From Ascidiella aspersa (taxonomy: Eukaryota): a DNA stretch of 64,000 nucleotides. Below, piece by piece: positions 37,230-51,407 of this stretch (its first letter is position 1; each line of letters opens with the position of its first letter). The notes beneath the pieces are model-generated. The model had not been told where the DNA came from. It was given only the letters and a program-made list of their open reading frames with translations, and searched no databases. Location: NCBI GenBank assembly GCA_963924565.1, contig OZ004610.1, forward strand, positions 31,372,001 to 31,436,000. Direction: 5' to 3'. The position numbers and the translations under genes were made by a program.

Positions 37230-40200
37230 AAGCAGCACCAGGATGGATGTAGATTCCCTTTAAGAGTAAAATGTGTAGTGAACGTAGCGCGTAGTCTTCT
37301 ATACCCAAAAGTCGTGTAAATACCAAGTCCGAAATAATATTTGCCACAACCCAAAAAATGATACGCTACCTATTTTCTTAAACCACCAGTCTTTTTAGTG
37401 CAATATCAGTTTTACATTTCCGTGGAAATCAAATCCATAACAGAAATACAAACAGTAGACAAAATGGAGCGCTGGTTTTTAATTCTAAGTCTAATTAGAA
37501 ACTGGAAACATGCGTTACGGCCATGAGGTGGACAAAACGCAGAATAAATCTTAATTATTCAGCGTTACCAAGATACAGAATGTCTCGACTACCGTTGTCA
37601 TCGTCTAAATGTGCGATGTCCAATCAGTTTCCATACGAACCCCTAAGTCCCGAACAGTTTCCTCATGACCACGTCTTGCCATAACGACACAGCTGCGTGA
37701 CCTTCGCCACGTTTTGGTGAACAGAGCACGGATGATTGGCTTTATATTCGCTGGGCTTTATATAACCCGTAACGTTCTCAACAACCGTGATTAAATTATA
37801 AGATTTGAACAATGGCACATGTGGGAGAAAGTGATCCGACAGAGTTAGCAAGCATAAAAAGTATATTTTTTTATTCGATTTAGCATTTGGAACAATCACT
37901 TTGCCTAAGTCATACAAATTTCACCAAAATCATCTGAAAAGATTTAACGATACATGATAAAGACAGGTCAACATACGTTCGTTTTAACTTAAATCCTTGG
38001 GCTTCAGTACAACAATAATTTATCAAAATGCGCTACCGAACAGCTTTGTGGCCTTAATAGATAAAGCGGAGTCACTAAATTAGTGCACCAGGGGCACAGG
38101 TTAACATTTAGGGTACCAAGACGGAAACGGAACTGTATGTTTTATAAGCCATTAAAATGCTATTTAACAGGAACATTTACTAACCAATTTCTCAAAACTG
38201 CAAATCACAGCACGACCCTATTGTTTGCCGCAACAAGGATGAACTGAATTGATTTTTTGTTATTTTATTTACCTGCCTCATACAAAATCATAAACCAAGG
38301 ACTGAAGCAGTCATGCCCTGGTCTGTACGAAACACATTTTTTGTAAAACTGCTAAGGTCAACAAACGATACGGAGTTTATCGCACCAGAACTTGTAACTT
38401 TATTGCACTAAGTGCCTACATGCCCTTCGTATGGACGAGTATGGAATATGATGTACTCCATACAACTACACCTTGATAAGGCCTATTGTTACGTGTGTAT
38501 AAACACGCTACACCTATACTCAGAAGATCATTAGACGAACTATTTCGGTTATTTTATAAATTCCACTATGCGCTGTATTATTCAACCCTCGATATATACA
38601 CGTTATTCCGTTTATCTAGTTAAAACTACCTTAAGGTAAACAAACCCCACGAAAGTCAAGAGACAACCCAGCTAAAAGGAATGAAATAAATCACCGGATT
38701 AACAAACACAACTAGGGGTATATAGATAAACAAAAAAGGGCAATAAAGATTTTATGACATTTACAACTTTGTAAAATCGACTCTATCTTGGGTACTAACG
38801 AAGGAGAAATGGCAAAAGATGATATAATACTGCTATGATGTGATACTGCCCCTATATCAGCAATGCAAACGCGTACTTAGAAAATGTAAATGAAATTCCG
38901 CCACCTACCGGCTGCGATAAGTTAACCAAACATATGCTTTTGGTATTACGACGTAAACGTCAAACAATAGAACCCTGAAAGATGTCACGTCACAACACAA
39001 AAGTCTCGATCATGGTGCATTTGAAACTGAATTATGTGTAATAGTAACATCATGTTTTACGGCAGCCTTGGTTTCATCACATATGTTAAAAAATTGATTA
39101 AATAAAACAGCTATACACATGCTAATTTTGAAACAATTTCTTGATTTTACAAAGTTTTACAATTATATCCAAATGGACTCTATACAAATGATTATAAATT
39201 AACATCTTTAACAACGTTTAACTCTGAAAAGAGTTTCGTCACCATAAAAGAGGCTCGATAATTTTGCATTTAATTTAAAATGCAATTATGCGACAGCCCA
39301 ATATTATTTTTGGCCTTAAGCCGGCAATATACAGTATTAATTGCCGATTGGCGCTTTCGCCGTAAAGATTTTGGAGACCCTCCAAAAAGAAATAACAAAA
39401 TAATAATAATAATAACAATTAGTCAATGAACGTATTTGTCGTAATTACCGAAGCAACATGCCGAAGACCCTTGGAGGAATTAAAAATGGCGCCTTACCTT
39501 ATTAGCGCAGCAAAACGCCATCATCCATTCGTAGGTGTAAACAAGCGTACACAATAGAAGTGCCGTCTTCGGCGCGTAATCCCGCGCTAACATATTTGCA
39601 CCGGGGCGTCCAGACCATTGGCAGTTGGCGAGCTGAGTGGCGCCAGTTTTCATGTTCCAGCGACGCCACAAGTCCAGGGTCCTGAGTGCCTGCAACCGAA
39701 CGATGATCGTTTCAATTACGGTTTGTTTACGCGTGGCTATCGCCGACAATTAACCACATATGTAGCGACCGTATGGCCGACGGGGGCGATTTGCCATCCG
39801 ATCCGATCGGAAGAAAAGCGATGTTAACGGAAACGAGCCACTTTTCACTTCTGCCACAGTAATGACGTATTAACATTACACTGTAGCCCTTTGGCAGGAT
39901 TGATAATCACCGTCTGCTGGGGCTGTGTTAGGTGGCGTTTTCACGCATATATTCAGTTTTGTATACATGTAACGTTGTACCACTGTGACTTACTCGCCAT
40001 CAGAATATTTGTTGTTATATATTTAATTTTTAAGTCACGTATCTGGCTTCAGAAAAGTATCCGGATCAGGTCCGATACTAAATTACGTCATTAATATGCT
40101 CAAACAAGCAAAAAAGATAAAATTAAATCGCTAAATATCAAGTTTTCATATGTAAAGGTATTTGTTAGTGCCGATAGTTTAAACACAGTGCTGGATGGCA

Positions 40201-43049
40201 AGTTCACATATTGTCATTTTGCTAAACATGTGACATTTTACCACCATGACTAATTTGCAGTTATCCGGAGATAACATAAATACAAATCACATAGATTCGG
40301 GACACAAAAGTACAACGTTGTATGAATTAGATTTACAATTAAAATGGGGTAAATAACTTTGTTTGTTTGTTTGTTTGTTTGAAAAAAATATTTGGAAAAA
40401 AAAGTAAAAAATTGGTAAAGTTGGTCTTTTTACTGTATGAAAATAAAATATTTTGTTGACAAATATATAAAAATGATTGCTTCTACTACTGTAATGACGT
40501 ACTAGCACTTAACTGTCGTTCTTTGACAGGACTGATAATTTAAATCTCGGATCAATGTTGGGTGGCATTTCTATTAAATTTTGTTAAACATGTAAAAGTA
40601 ACGTTGATACTACCATGACTAACACGCCATTATACCATCCAAAAGTTTGTTTTTACATAGTTTAAGTATCCGGCATCGGTATAATTAATATGGTTTGGCC
40701 AAACTTGGAGAGGGGATTAGGCGCATTGTGCGGTTGTGCTTTGTTAACGTGGGGGCGCAAGGTGATAACCGCATGACAGCGAAAACTGTTCGCCATTAAT
40801 CGTTAATGCAATATTGGCAAAAGGACAAGATCACCATCACTCAGTAGGAACAATGATGACGAGTCTATAGGAAGAGGGTTTAACACGAATTCCATTGCTG
40901 CGGGTGCGTGGGTCGAAAAGCGCGCTCGGCATAATGAGATGAATAATCAGCGGGGATATGCTTGGCACATAACTAGGCAAAACCAGGGGCAGCCGACAGC
41001 GGGGTTTTAGGGCCGGGGCGTGTTCCCGCAAGAAGGATCGTATTCTGATCGCCCCTTGGTTTACCAAACGTGACGTATGGGAGGCTGGGGGGATGACCGG
41101 GCGGGCACAATGGCCCGGGTGGATTAGCGCGACAGAACAAGTGTTTGCCAGTTGCAAACACGGCTGATCCGCTGTCATTTCGACCATTGCTCGTCGGCGG
41201 ATCCGTCAGCGTGCTGAGCCGGGCCCCAATACAGCCAGGTGACAAGGCGAGAGACATTCCGCTTGGAAACGGGGGCGGATCGGGCGTGGTAAGCGGCTCG
41301 GCGCTGGCTACCGCACGTGTCGCGGAATCCCTTATCTCGCGCGGGCGAGCGGCGCAATCAGTCTGGACAGATTAGCCGCTCTATCGCTGTTGACTTTTCC
41401 CACAGCGACGAGGCCGGGGCCCCTGGTTTATCGCGGGGCGGCGCGTGACATCATCAAACAACCTGGGCACGTGAAGCGCGACTCGGTTAAACATTCACCG
41501 AAAGCAGAGGGTTGCGCGCGCGACCGCCAGCCGAGTTAAGGCGGTACAACGGCCGGCGGTGGGACACAAAGCGCCCCAGTATTCCACCGGCTACCGGGAA
41601 TGTTTGTTTGCTGTTCTCATGCTCAGGTGTCATGTCGGCGCGAGTGGCGCATAGGCACGTCATTGTCTGAAGGCAGGGATTTTCTGGGCCCAACAGGGGC
41701 GTTGACGCGGGGCAATAATTGCCGCCAGTGTTCTGCGCTTTTAATCCGAGCACTTGACGTTCACTTGACGCCAGTGTTTCTGGCTGTTGTGGGATCCCTG
41801 GTGGCTCTCTTTATTGCAAGCTTTATCATCAGTTAATGTACACTCAATCTTATTGGCTTTGACTTTCATTGTGAAGCTACATTACAGATCCGTGCAAAGT
41901 TTACTCAAGAGAAGAGAATCTAAATCGGATCAAATTTATTCGCAAAGTAAAATGACAAGAGGCCCCGTCTTCAAAGGCCCACGGGGGGGGGGGGGGCAAA
42001 GGATTTTTTATGCTTTTTTTAATCCGCGCACTTGACGTTTCTGCGTGGGTTGGTCGCGTATTGTCGCAGCCCGACAACGGACAGGGGTGCGGTCCCCTTT
42101 GGCAGATCAAACAGAATCACGGCTTTAAATATCACCTGAGGAAGTGATGAATGCTTCTGGTGCGTGACCGCGACGATAAATTATACGCCTCGCGCATAGA
42201 AACGTCTTTGTGCAAGTCTCACCGGCCTTGGTTGAAGGCAGAACGGTGTGGACGGTTTAGGGCGAGTGCCTTGCAGCCTTCTTTGACCCTCTTTTGCCTT
42301 GGCGTGTTTGCAATTAGTCACAAAAGCACGCGCCGAAGTTTACACAGCCACACGCCGCGCGCCAACCAATACATTGACTGAACAATGTGGAGAAAGGCTC
42401 GCGTCGAGATTAATTATTTACTATACGCGAGCTTAAACAGGAGCCAAAAGTTTGCCGACTGCTACCAGCGACTATCGAAAAAGGACTGAAAATAAGAAAA
42501 ATCACCTCACTAAAAAAGTAAAACTTTGTTCTTAAGACTGTTTTTTTTATAAAAAAATAAAAATAATGTCTTTAAATTTTACAGAATAAAATACACATAT
42601 TTACCAGAAATAGTGCAATACGTTATTAGCTTGGTAAACCTACAGTTCAACCCTGCCCGAGTGCGGTAACTATTTTGACTAAAAGAAACTGCTTCCAGGC
42701 ACAATTGTCTGGAACGAATTGATTTAAAAGGCACTACTTTTATTTGTCAAAAGGTGAATCACACGGATAGATCAGTGGCAATCAGAGAGAAAAAGCAAGC
42801 ACAAAAGAGAGTAACAGTTTTAATTCAAAAAAGAGCACAGTAAAGAACTATCGAGGAGTAGTAAAAAAGAGCGAATTCGAAGATACTGCGAATAACTTGT
42901 GTTTGCTTCAAACGTTTCTTGAAACAATCGCAATACTGAATTGTAGTACGTCGCGGAAGCAGCTTTCGAAACATATACATAACAAATATAAATCTATGAG
43001 TTTGTCACAGTAATGTTAACGGCCTTGGCGGGTTGATCAGGTTACAATA

Positions 43050-44861
43050 CTATAAGCCCCATGGCCTCCACATACCGCCCTGTTGCAAGTTCTCGACCTT
43101 TATGGAAACGCCCTTCGATAAAACACGGCCGTTGTTGGCGGAAGCTTGCTCTGTTTTGGAGATTGGCGATGGAGGGTTTGAACCCGAAGACCAGTGGCCC
43201 GAGTCGCTGCTTACGTAATGATAGTGAGCGCTATCCTTGAGAAAACGGGGCTTGCGTTCAACGACCGGGGTAACAGGGGAGAATAACGACCCTGTGTTGG
43301 GGCAGGGGGGTTCGTGTGTTGCGTCTCCAATAGAGTCCTGTGACGTAGACGAGAGGCTGGGTGACGCGATTTGGCGGTAAGCTCCCGGCGAAACAGTGGA
43401 TGGGTTGGAGATAGGCGACACTGGAACTGGCGAAAAGGGGCTGGCGCTGTGAAGGGCGGGTGGGCTCGCGGCCAGCGACAAGTTCTGCGTGCTGCTGCTG
43501 ACGTCAGCCGCTAGGTATGACGTCACGTTACCGAATGAGGCTCCGCTGTCGTCCATGGCGACGCGGCCTTGCGCCCGTCTGCGCAGGTCTAGCTCGGTGA
43601 TGAGACGCTTTGGGAATGGTTGGACTTGCGGTGGTGGATGGCCGCGCTTTCGTTTAACAGCACGAGGTGCTTCTACCGCGGAATTGCATCTGTTGGTGAG
43701 GTGGACTAACAACTGAGTGCGACAGCCCGGTGAAATTCCATCTTGGCTATGGCTCATGTAAGCAGCCACGTCCCTCACACATTGCTCGTAACCGGCACGA
43801 CGCTGGTTTACGGCGCCGGAGTCTGAGTCGTCATTGGCCGCTGCTACGCTGCTGATGTCTTCATTGCAGCTGATCGACAAATCTGTATTAGAAATAAACG
43901 TTTAGTTTAATAAAGAATACTACATTGGAGTTTGGTATTAAAATATATCCTATAGTTCTTATTATATTTTGCTAACTAAACCACGTTAGATATCGCGGTT
44001 AAATACAAGACTTCGTTAGAGCTGGTTGACAAATCTGCGTTAGGGATAAACGTTTAGTTAAATGCAGAATATGATCCTAGTTCCAGTATTATATTCGCTT
44101 AACTAAGCGCGTTCGTTATCGCAGTTAAATACGACCACAGGATGATTACGATTTTTTTAATTACTATAGTGCTATCAATGATGTGGAATAAAGATCATGG
44201 TTGGTCATTTGATAAGCAGATATTTTCGTATATGAACATGTACTCACCGATTGCTAAAGGCTTCGTAGTTTGAACGCTCTTCAAATATCGAACAGTCATT
44301 TCCAGAATATCTGCTTTCTCCAGTTTGTTGGGTCGAGACTAAATATAGCAAAAATAAGTTTTAAAATTTAGCCAAGCAAGTTATTATAATGAAAATATTT
44401 CAGAACTGATAATAATTAATGTACGTTAAAACATATATTTTAAAGTACTTACGTCTTCGGATACTGATTTCAAAACGATCGACTTTAAATCTTCGAGGCA
44501 GTTATTGATGCGTTCGCGGCGCTTCTTTTCCATGATTGGTTTGTTGGTCTAAAACAAAAATAATTCGTTACTACAATGGTCGAATCTGTTTGTTTAAAAG
44601 GAATAAACTTAAAAAATACATACAAGTACTGTTATACTATCAGCTAATTAGGGTAATCAATTGGTACTGTATAAAAACAAATTGTATTAAATTCTTGACA
44701 AGCTTTCGCACAACCGCTTATCGAGAATTGATAATTTTTTTCTATATAGTGCCAACTGATGAACCTATTTATAGAACTACGTTCATATACAAAGATTTAT
44801 GAGCTAAGAATCTCACCTTGCGTCGCATTTCAGCGTCAGTCATTCTTCTCTCTGGGGGCAT
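43050..44861 (-). CDS. Hes: Hairy/E(spl)-family bHLH-Orange transcriptional repressor, 4 exons, ~354 aa
   Basis: Minus-strand exons 44817-44861 (MPPERRMTDAEMRRK), 44453-44548 (TNKPIMEKKRRERINNCLEDLKSIVL), 44248-44338 (KLEKADILEMTVRYLK), 43050-43882 (Orange domain AGYEQCVRDVAAYM...LLVHL; ends WRPWGL*). Basic-region Pro and intron positions are typical of Hes genes. Minus-strand AATAAA at 42739-42744. Confidence 0.95.
44648..44773. mobile_element. Family A palindromic repeat (partial hammerhead) in Hes intron 1
   Basis: Matches the arms at 34351-34535 but retains only the GTGCGAAAGCTTGTCAAG half. Confidence 0.7.
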
Positions 44862-44899
44862 TTCTTGTGCTAAGTTGTGCAAAATACAATACAATCTCA

Positions 44900-47800
44900 A
44901 AGAAGTGATAATAATCCAATGGAAACCGTAAGTTGGGCTGTTCGAAGCGAAACTGCTACTGCTGCTGTGCAAATGTCTGAATAGACAGTCGCTGCATCCC
45001 TGCAGTTTTAAGGCGAACGCGTCTGGCGCGCCTTTTTTCCCTTTTTTTCTGTTGCCGCTGCTTTCTTATCGGCTCGCGTAGAGAGAAAAGGCAGCGCGAC
45101 GCGAGAGATAGCGGACTTACGCCGGTCGCGTGTTCGAAACGCGATCCTCGCCGGATTGCGTTTCACGTCGCAATAATTGCGCTCCAACGTTTTAACAGAT
45201 AATTTGGCGAATCACATAACCATTTTAACCTACTTACTAAATTGAAAGACACCAAAACAAGCACGTGTAGGTGAAATTGAATATGGTTTAACAAAAAACA
45301 CGGCGGATATTGCATATGCAATTGAATACGGTTTACCAAAAACACGGCGTATATTACGTGAAGGGCGATGAATATTTTTAAAACACCAGCGTTTGGTCAA
45401 GTTGTATTGTCTGGGTTTTAGGGCTAATTGGGCGGCGGGGTCTGTCGGTGGCACAAGGCACCTCCCAACTCAAACATCTAACAAGAGCAGCAGGTCCATT
45501 CACGGGCGCCCATTCACACCAAAGCCGGGCATTAGGGCGTCTGAAGCCCTGCGCAAGGACGGCGTTAAACAACAAACAGCGGTGGCCGCTTGCCTTTGCA
45601 TGCCGAACAGTGGCGGCCGCATTTCATGTTTGACTAGTCTCACCACAGTGCAAACAGTCTGGAGCGGACACGAGCCGGACTGGACCGAACCCAACGCGTC
45701 GCGGCGAGCGGAGGAGGCCCTGCCATGAACCCTCGTCAACTGTTTGCACAGATGGAAGCTAGCTGGGCCGCCACTGGTTTCAAGCAAATATTCGAGCGTG
45801 CCCTGCTCGAGATTGAGTTTTTCTGCCCGAAACCGTAAGTTCAAACGCTATTTGATTTCGCCGCCCGCGCGCACCAGAGCAGGCCGCTTTGTCGGGCGAC
45901 AATGCGATTGTTTATTGCGTTAAAAGATGCCAGGCATAAATCCTTCTATTTGCGCGACTCGGCAACCAACGCTGCTCAGTCACTGTGTGTTCAGTGGAGG
46001 AATTGTGGGAGTTATGCGCGTCAAGAGTTTGTTTGCAAGTCCTCGGCCGACCGGGCTTTCACAAATCAACTCATTCAGGTCGAAAACGCACACATCGCTG
46101 CTGTTTGCGCGAAATGATTTACACTGAAACCCTTAACACCAGAACGCATTCGCTATCGCCGAGAAGCATAACAGGCATCGAACGCGAGAGCTTTATCAGC
46201 TTCGAACGCGAAAGTTGTGCCAGCGAATGGCCGTCCAGGCGCGAGCCCCATTGTGCGCTGACCGTTCCAACACAAACCTCAGCAGCGATATCTTGACAAG
46301 AAAAAGCTGCAATTGTTTTTATTACAATGTTGCGAATTGAGAGATAGCGCAACGCCGAGTATGTGCAAATGGTGCCTGGTTGCGGTTGGGAAAAGGCAAG
46401 TGAAAAGTTCATCGCCGGCACGGAGCAAAACGTGTAATGATAATAATAATAGTAGCAACCTCAGCCGAGCCCGGACGACATAGCACAGAGCTGAGCTAAC
46501 ACAACGCAAACCGCGCCTGGTGGATCTAGCCTCTCATAGGCTACAACGAGGACACTTTAGGTTGCACACGGAACGCTCGGTGATCAATTCTGCTGTGACA
46601 GCCGTTCGCCTGTTCGCAGATGGCTGGCGAGTTGGCAAGACCAAAACACCTTCATACGTGCCAAACGGCCGACGCGCACAGGCAGCCATTATAAGGTCTT
46701 AAAATTAATCACCGCTCCACTTTATTGGCCATAGGAAGTAAGCTGCGACGCGCAACGACGCGACGAAAAGGCATTTGGCCAATGCCATAAAATGCTCGCG
46801 CTCGCATCGACACCTTTGTACCCACCGGCGGCATCAAAGGCGAAACGCGAAAGACCGCGTCGTGCCTCGGGATAATTGTGGGATGTAAATTTCCCTCGCC
46901 GTATTTTAAAGCGTCGTTGGCCCGATGATGCAGTATTGCCAATGTCCGGGTTGCACGCGCTACAGAAAATACAAATCGCTGGCGGGTTCGTCGCGAGAAA
47001 ACAAAAATGATAGAAAACACTAGGTTATTGCAGCTACAGGCCTTTATCATAACTTGCCACTCGCGTATGTACAATTAGGCTTAAACATACGTGGTAAAAC
47101 AAACTATTTATTTGCAAGACAACGTCTACAACCTAAAAGACCCGATTGATGACGTAATGGACGGATCGCAGGACAATAGGAAAAAATATGTCAGTTCGCG
47201 AGAATATGTCACTTATGAAACGGTCGGCGGCGTTTGGATGAGTTTCAACGCTCACATATGCGCGATTTAGTGTCAGGGGTTAACTTGCGCTAATTCTGAG
47301 TTTCAAATATATGTTTGCTCGATGCGCCCCGGGTTGCAAGCGCTACCAAAAATACAAATCGCTGGCGGCTTGGTCGCGAGTGCGTTCGTAGGAATATGTC
47401 ACTTGTCAAACCGTCTGCGGGGTTGAGTTTAAACGACCACATGCGCGCGATTCGGTGTCAAGGCGTTAACTGGTGCTAATTCCCCAACGGCGATCGGAAT
47501 TAAGCGTGTCTCAAAATTGGCCGGAAAAAAACTTAGCGTCGCGCGAAAGAGTCGCGGCCTTTGTCCTTAAAGCTGGCAATTACGCCGGATCAGGTGCGGG
47601 ACGCGCGCGGCGATGACCGAGGGCGCACACCTGGAGGCACGCGCGGCCGAAAAGCGATGACATAGCTAAGTAAAGAACATGACCTCGACTTAAGCGGCTC
47701 TAGTTGCGGCCGCGCGAGATTTCACCGTCGAGTGGCAATCTTTGGAAATCCAACACTGGCGCGACGCTTACCCGCTCCCCGAACGACTGTGGCAGCCGCG

Positions 47801-49950
47801 ACCGCTCATTTACTGACGTGTTAATTGCGCCCGGGAAAAGCGCCGCCTCGCGCCCGCGTCTTGTAAGCCCAGGATTCGATTGCACGCTGCCAACCTGCAA
47901 TTTGGCGTTCGGCTCGTTTGACACATTCTTCGATGTGTAAGCTCAAGTGGCAATGACGTATACTTACAGCAGTGCGTGGCCTTCCAACCGCCAACGGGCG
48001 ACCATTATTCGGCCCCGGAACACGATCGAAACCAAACAAAATGCAAGTGGCCTTACAAGGGTGATTAGTGTTAAACTGGTTGCAATCGGTTTTTGTCGCG
48101 ACAAGGGGTCTGCATTTCAAGTGGCGGCTTATTGAGAAAAGGCGACGGCTTGACTTGGCTCTAGCACCAGCGGCTAATTGCGCGCCGGGCTTTTCCCCAA
48201 AATCGACGATGTTTCACACCTGATAATCCCGGGCGTCGTGGTCGCGACGTGTCTTAAAACGGGACTTAATTTGGACAAAACCGAATGAGGTTTTAAGCGT
48301 TGCGTAATTAGAGTAATGTTGCACAGCCATTCGTCTGTGGGTGATTTATGGTACAGAGAAAATACTCTTAGTATTGTGCCGTGCGCATAACGCATGCTTT
48401 AACGATAACGTTTAACCCTAACGATTCAGTAACAAGCACTATGTCACAATTCTAAAAAGAAACTAGAGGGATTAAAACCTACTAAACGTAACATTTTAAT
48501 GTAGCTAAAGGAATTAGGTATAAAAGCAATAAAGTCATAAACCACCCAAAAGTTTTTGTACATTCTCTTTTATTATGTGGCCCGAAAAAAAAAAGTTTTT
48601 TTTGGACACATGTTGTTTTTGTCTGAATTGTTTTTTTTTACTGGCTGTTTTTTTACTAAAAATTTCACCATATTATGCGGTCAAACCTACCTCAAAAAAA
48701 CATCCACATATTTAACAAATTGCTATTGTTGTGACGTAACAGACTCTCGATAACTGCTCCAAGAAAAATATATTTTTCATGTGGAACTTCAACCAATGGT
48801 TCGAGGATTTTCTGAAATATTGTTCAATTCACGCGGCCGGCAGAACTGAAAACGGTTCCCTATACTTTAGTTAAGCCATAGAGAAAATGTTTTCTTTTCC
48901 GATTTCAAGAATTATCAATACAATCAACGCGAGGTGGTTGATAGTGTAACTTCACTTGCACAATCTCGCAAGTCGGAAACGCGACGGACGTTCTACAATC
49001 TATAATCCAAAATCGTGCGCGGCTGTGTTTGGAATCGGGGGAAGTGCTGGGCCGCTGCGACAGTTGCCCGTTCGCTTATCGGGAACGTGAGAGCGCGATG
49101 CAAGAAGCGACACCGACTCTGCGTGGCATCCGCGATCAAACAATTAGCGCGCGGCGAAAGGCGCCCAGGTGAGAGCGGGAAAGGAACAGCGAGCGCTTGA
49201 TCGGAAACCCCGAGCGACTTAATCGCGTTTCCGCCCGGATCGCGGATTAGCGCCGAAACAATGGCGCACACTCGCTACCTTTTGGCATCTGCACTCTTGC
49301 TGCTGTTCGCAATAACCGTGAGAATCAAGTTGTAACAATTAGCGCTACATTGTGTTAGGGGTACGGCGGGGATTATTTCGAAAATTAAAAAATGATGATA
49401 CCTATTTTATACGGAGAAATATAAAATTGTACCCCTTGTAATGAACAGTCTGTATACCAGTGCAGTATATAATAAAATTAAGTTTCAATATCCACAGAGT
49501 TCTCGAAGAAAAAGCACCTGTATAGCTAAACCTTCGACAGTAAATGAATAAAAAATAGCTTTTGAAAGCAAAGATAAAAAAATTGAACCCACTAGTTTTA
49601 GGAGGTTTATTAAGGCCCAGTTAAAATCTTATTTTAATATTTGAAAATAGCGCAAGTTTATCGAGTTTCCGCCCGGGAGGCGGATTAGCGCCGAAAGAAT
49701 GAAACACACAACAGAGCGCCACTCACTACCTTTTGGCATCTGCACTCTTGCTGCTGTTCGCAATAACCGTGAGAATTAAGTTGTAACAATTAGCGCTACA
49801 TTGTTTATGGGGGAAGCACCGCGTTGGGCGAGGTATGCCAAAGAGGGCGTGATGTGAACTGGCCTTGCTGCAGCTGAACCTTTGATTTACTCGACGGCGA
49901 TGGGCGTTATTGGGAAAATCGTGAGGATTAGGACAACGGCAACGTTTAGA
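44900..49950. promoter_or_regulatory. GC/CpG-rich non-coding islands upstream of Hes (putative promoter/enhancers)
   Basis: CpG-rich blocks with no spliceable coding signal, adjacent to a developmental transcription factor. Similar islands at 40700-42450, 52780-53350, 55450-55980, 57020-57760 and upstream of the protocadherin (700-7700). Function is inferred only. Confidence 0.4.
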
Positions 49951-50790
49951 ATTCGCATCTCAAAAATTTACTCACAGGGATAACATATAGGGTCTACAGA
50001 CATAACGAATAGTTTGCTACAATCTAGTGATTGTTGTTTTTGGTTTAATATATATAAAAACACATAAACAGTAATTAATAAATGTCTTGTAGAAAAAAAT
50101 TCGAATCTCACTTTAATAGCGGAGTTTTAAGCCGTTTTACGTATGAGAAATAATTACAACTCGGGGAGATTTAGGTAAAAGAATAATTTTGAAATGCATT
50201 TTTTAGATTTGCAATATTTGCCAAATTATACAACAATCAAAGAATACAAATTTTATAGATCTCGATTAGGATGATTTCAAAATTGTTTTCTGCATTTTGT
50301 AACCATTTATTACTATTGCGTGCAAATTTGTTAGCAAAGAATTATTATAAATATTCTTTATTATTTTTCAGGATCTTGTTTAAATACACGGAAATAATAT
50401 CTTGGGTTTTAATGTGACCGTAAAGCAAGCGTGGAGGTCTCTTAATGGTACCGATTTAACGAATACATCGTACCAGACCAATTTGAATATTGACATATAA
50501 CAGCTATTCAATTGGGCGACGCAGCCTGTCTTCATGCTGAGGGCGGCATAACGCGATTCGACGCACTTGTCAGGGAAATATCCGGCCCGATTATTGCTTC
50601 CTCAGGGCCCTACACCCCTCAACGCACGCAAAAACAGGTCACTTAAGACGACCAGTTAGAAAGTGGGCCGCGGTTTGGTGTTCAACAAAAATGTTAGATA
50701 TTTGTTCAACACTTAGACAATTAATAAACATACTGTTGCTGCCAAGCATTGTTTCAATTGTAAAATTGTTCTCTTGACAGGACTTTTTTA

Positions 50791-50995
50791 AAGTACCAAC
50801 GTTTCGACAACCTATTCGTGCAATCTTCTTAAGGGCACTATAATTGCAAATATAGGCGAAAAAAAAAAAATATATATATACCAGAGAAACAATAAAGAAA
50901 AATAAATTAGAAACGTGTGCCATTCTATTTTCCTTTATTGGCTGTCTGTTATATATATTTTTCGCCTATAGTTGCAATTATACTGCCCTGAAAAA
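50791..50995. mobile_element. Palindromic hammerhead-like repeat, family B
   Basis: Inverted arms about 50831-50905 and 50925-50992. The minus arm reads AGTGCC CTTAAGA A GATTGC-loop-GTTGTC GAAACGTT GGTACT and the plus arm supplies CCCTGAA. Related inverted copy at 63791-63875. Confidence 0.6.
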
Positions 50996-51407
50996 ATATT
51001 TTTTTTAATTTACCGTAAGAACTATTTTAAATTTTTTTTATGGAAAAGTTGATAAAACAGCAGACCCCTATACCTCTTTTCGTGCAATTTTTGGTGCAAT
51101 TAAGTGTTGGCAAAAAGGGTGCCGGCTGCATTCAAAGGTGGCTGTTTAAACTGGTCCAATATTGCCTCGACGGGAGATTTGCGGGCGTTTGTAAACCAAT
51201 GTCACGCTGCGGGAGGCGTCTGAGCTAACAACAGCCATCGACTAGTGGGAAAGCCAGCCAGCGCCTTGTTATCTTTTAATCCTGTTGGCGAAACGGCGAC
51301 TTTTGTTGCACAATTTTGCAGTTTTGTGTATTGCAGAGCCCACATTTCTTTTTTCGCGAATCGTAATCGAAATTTCGAAGCTTTTTATTTTTAGTGAAAC
51401 TTTATAG

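Noticed and set aside
45163-49271. Cluster of short overlapping ORFs upstream of Hes
   Set aside because: No protein-like motifs or exon chains; better explained as CpG-rich regulatory DNA.
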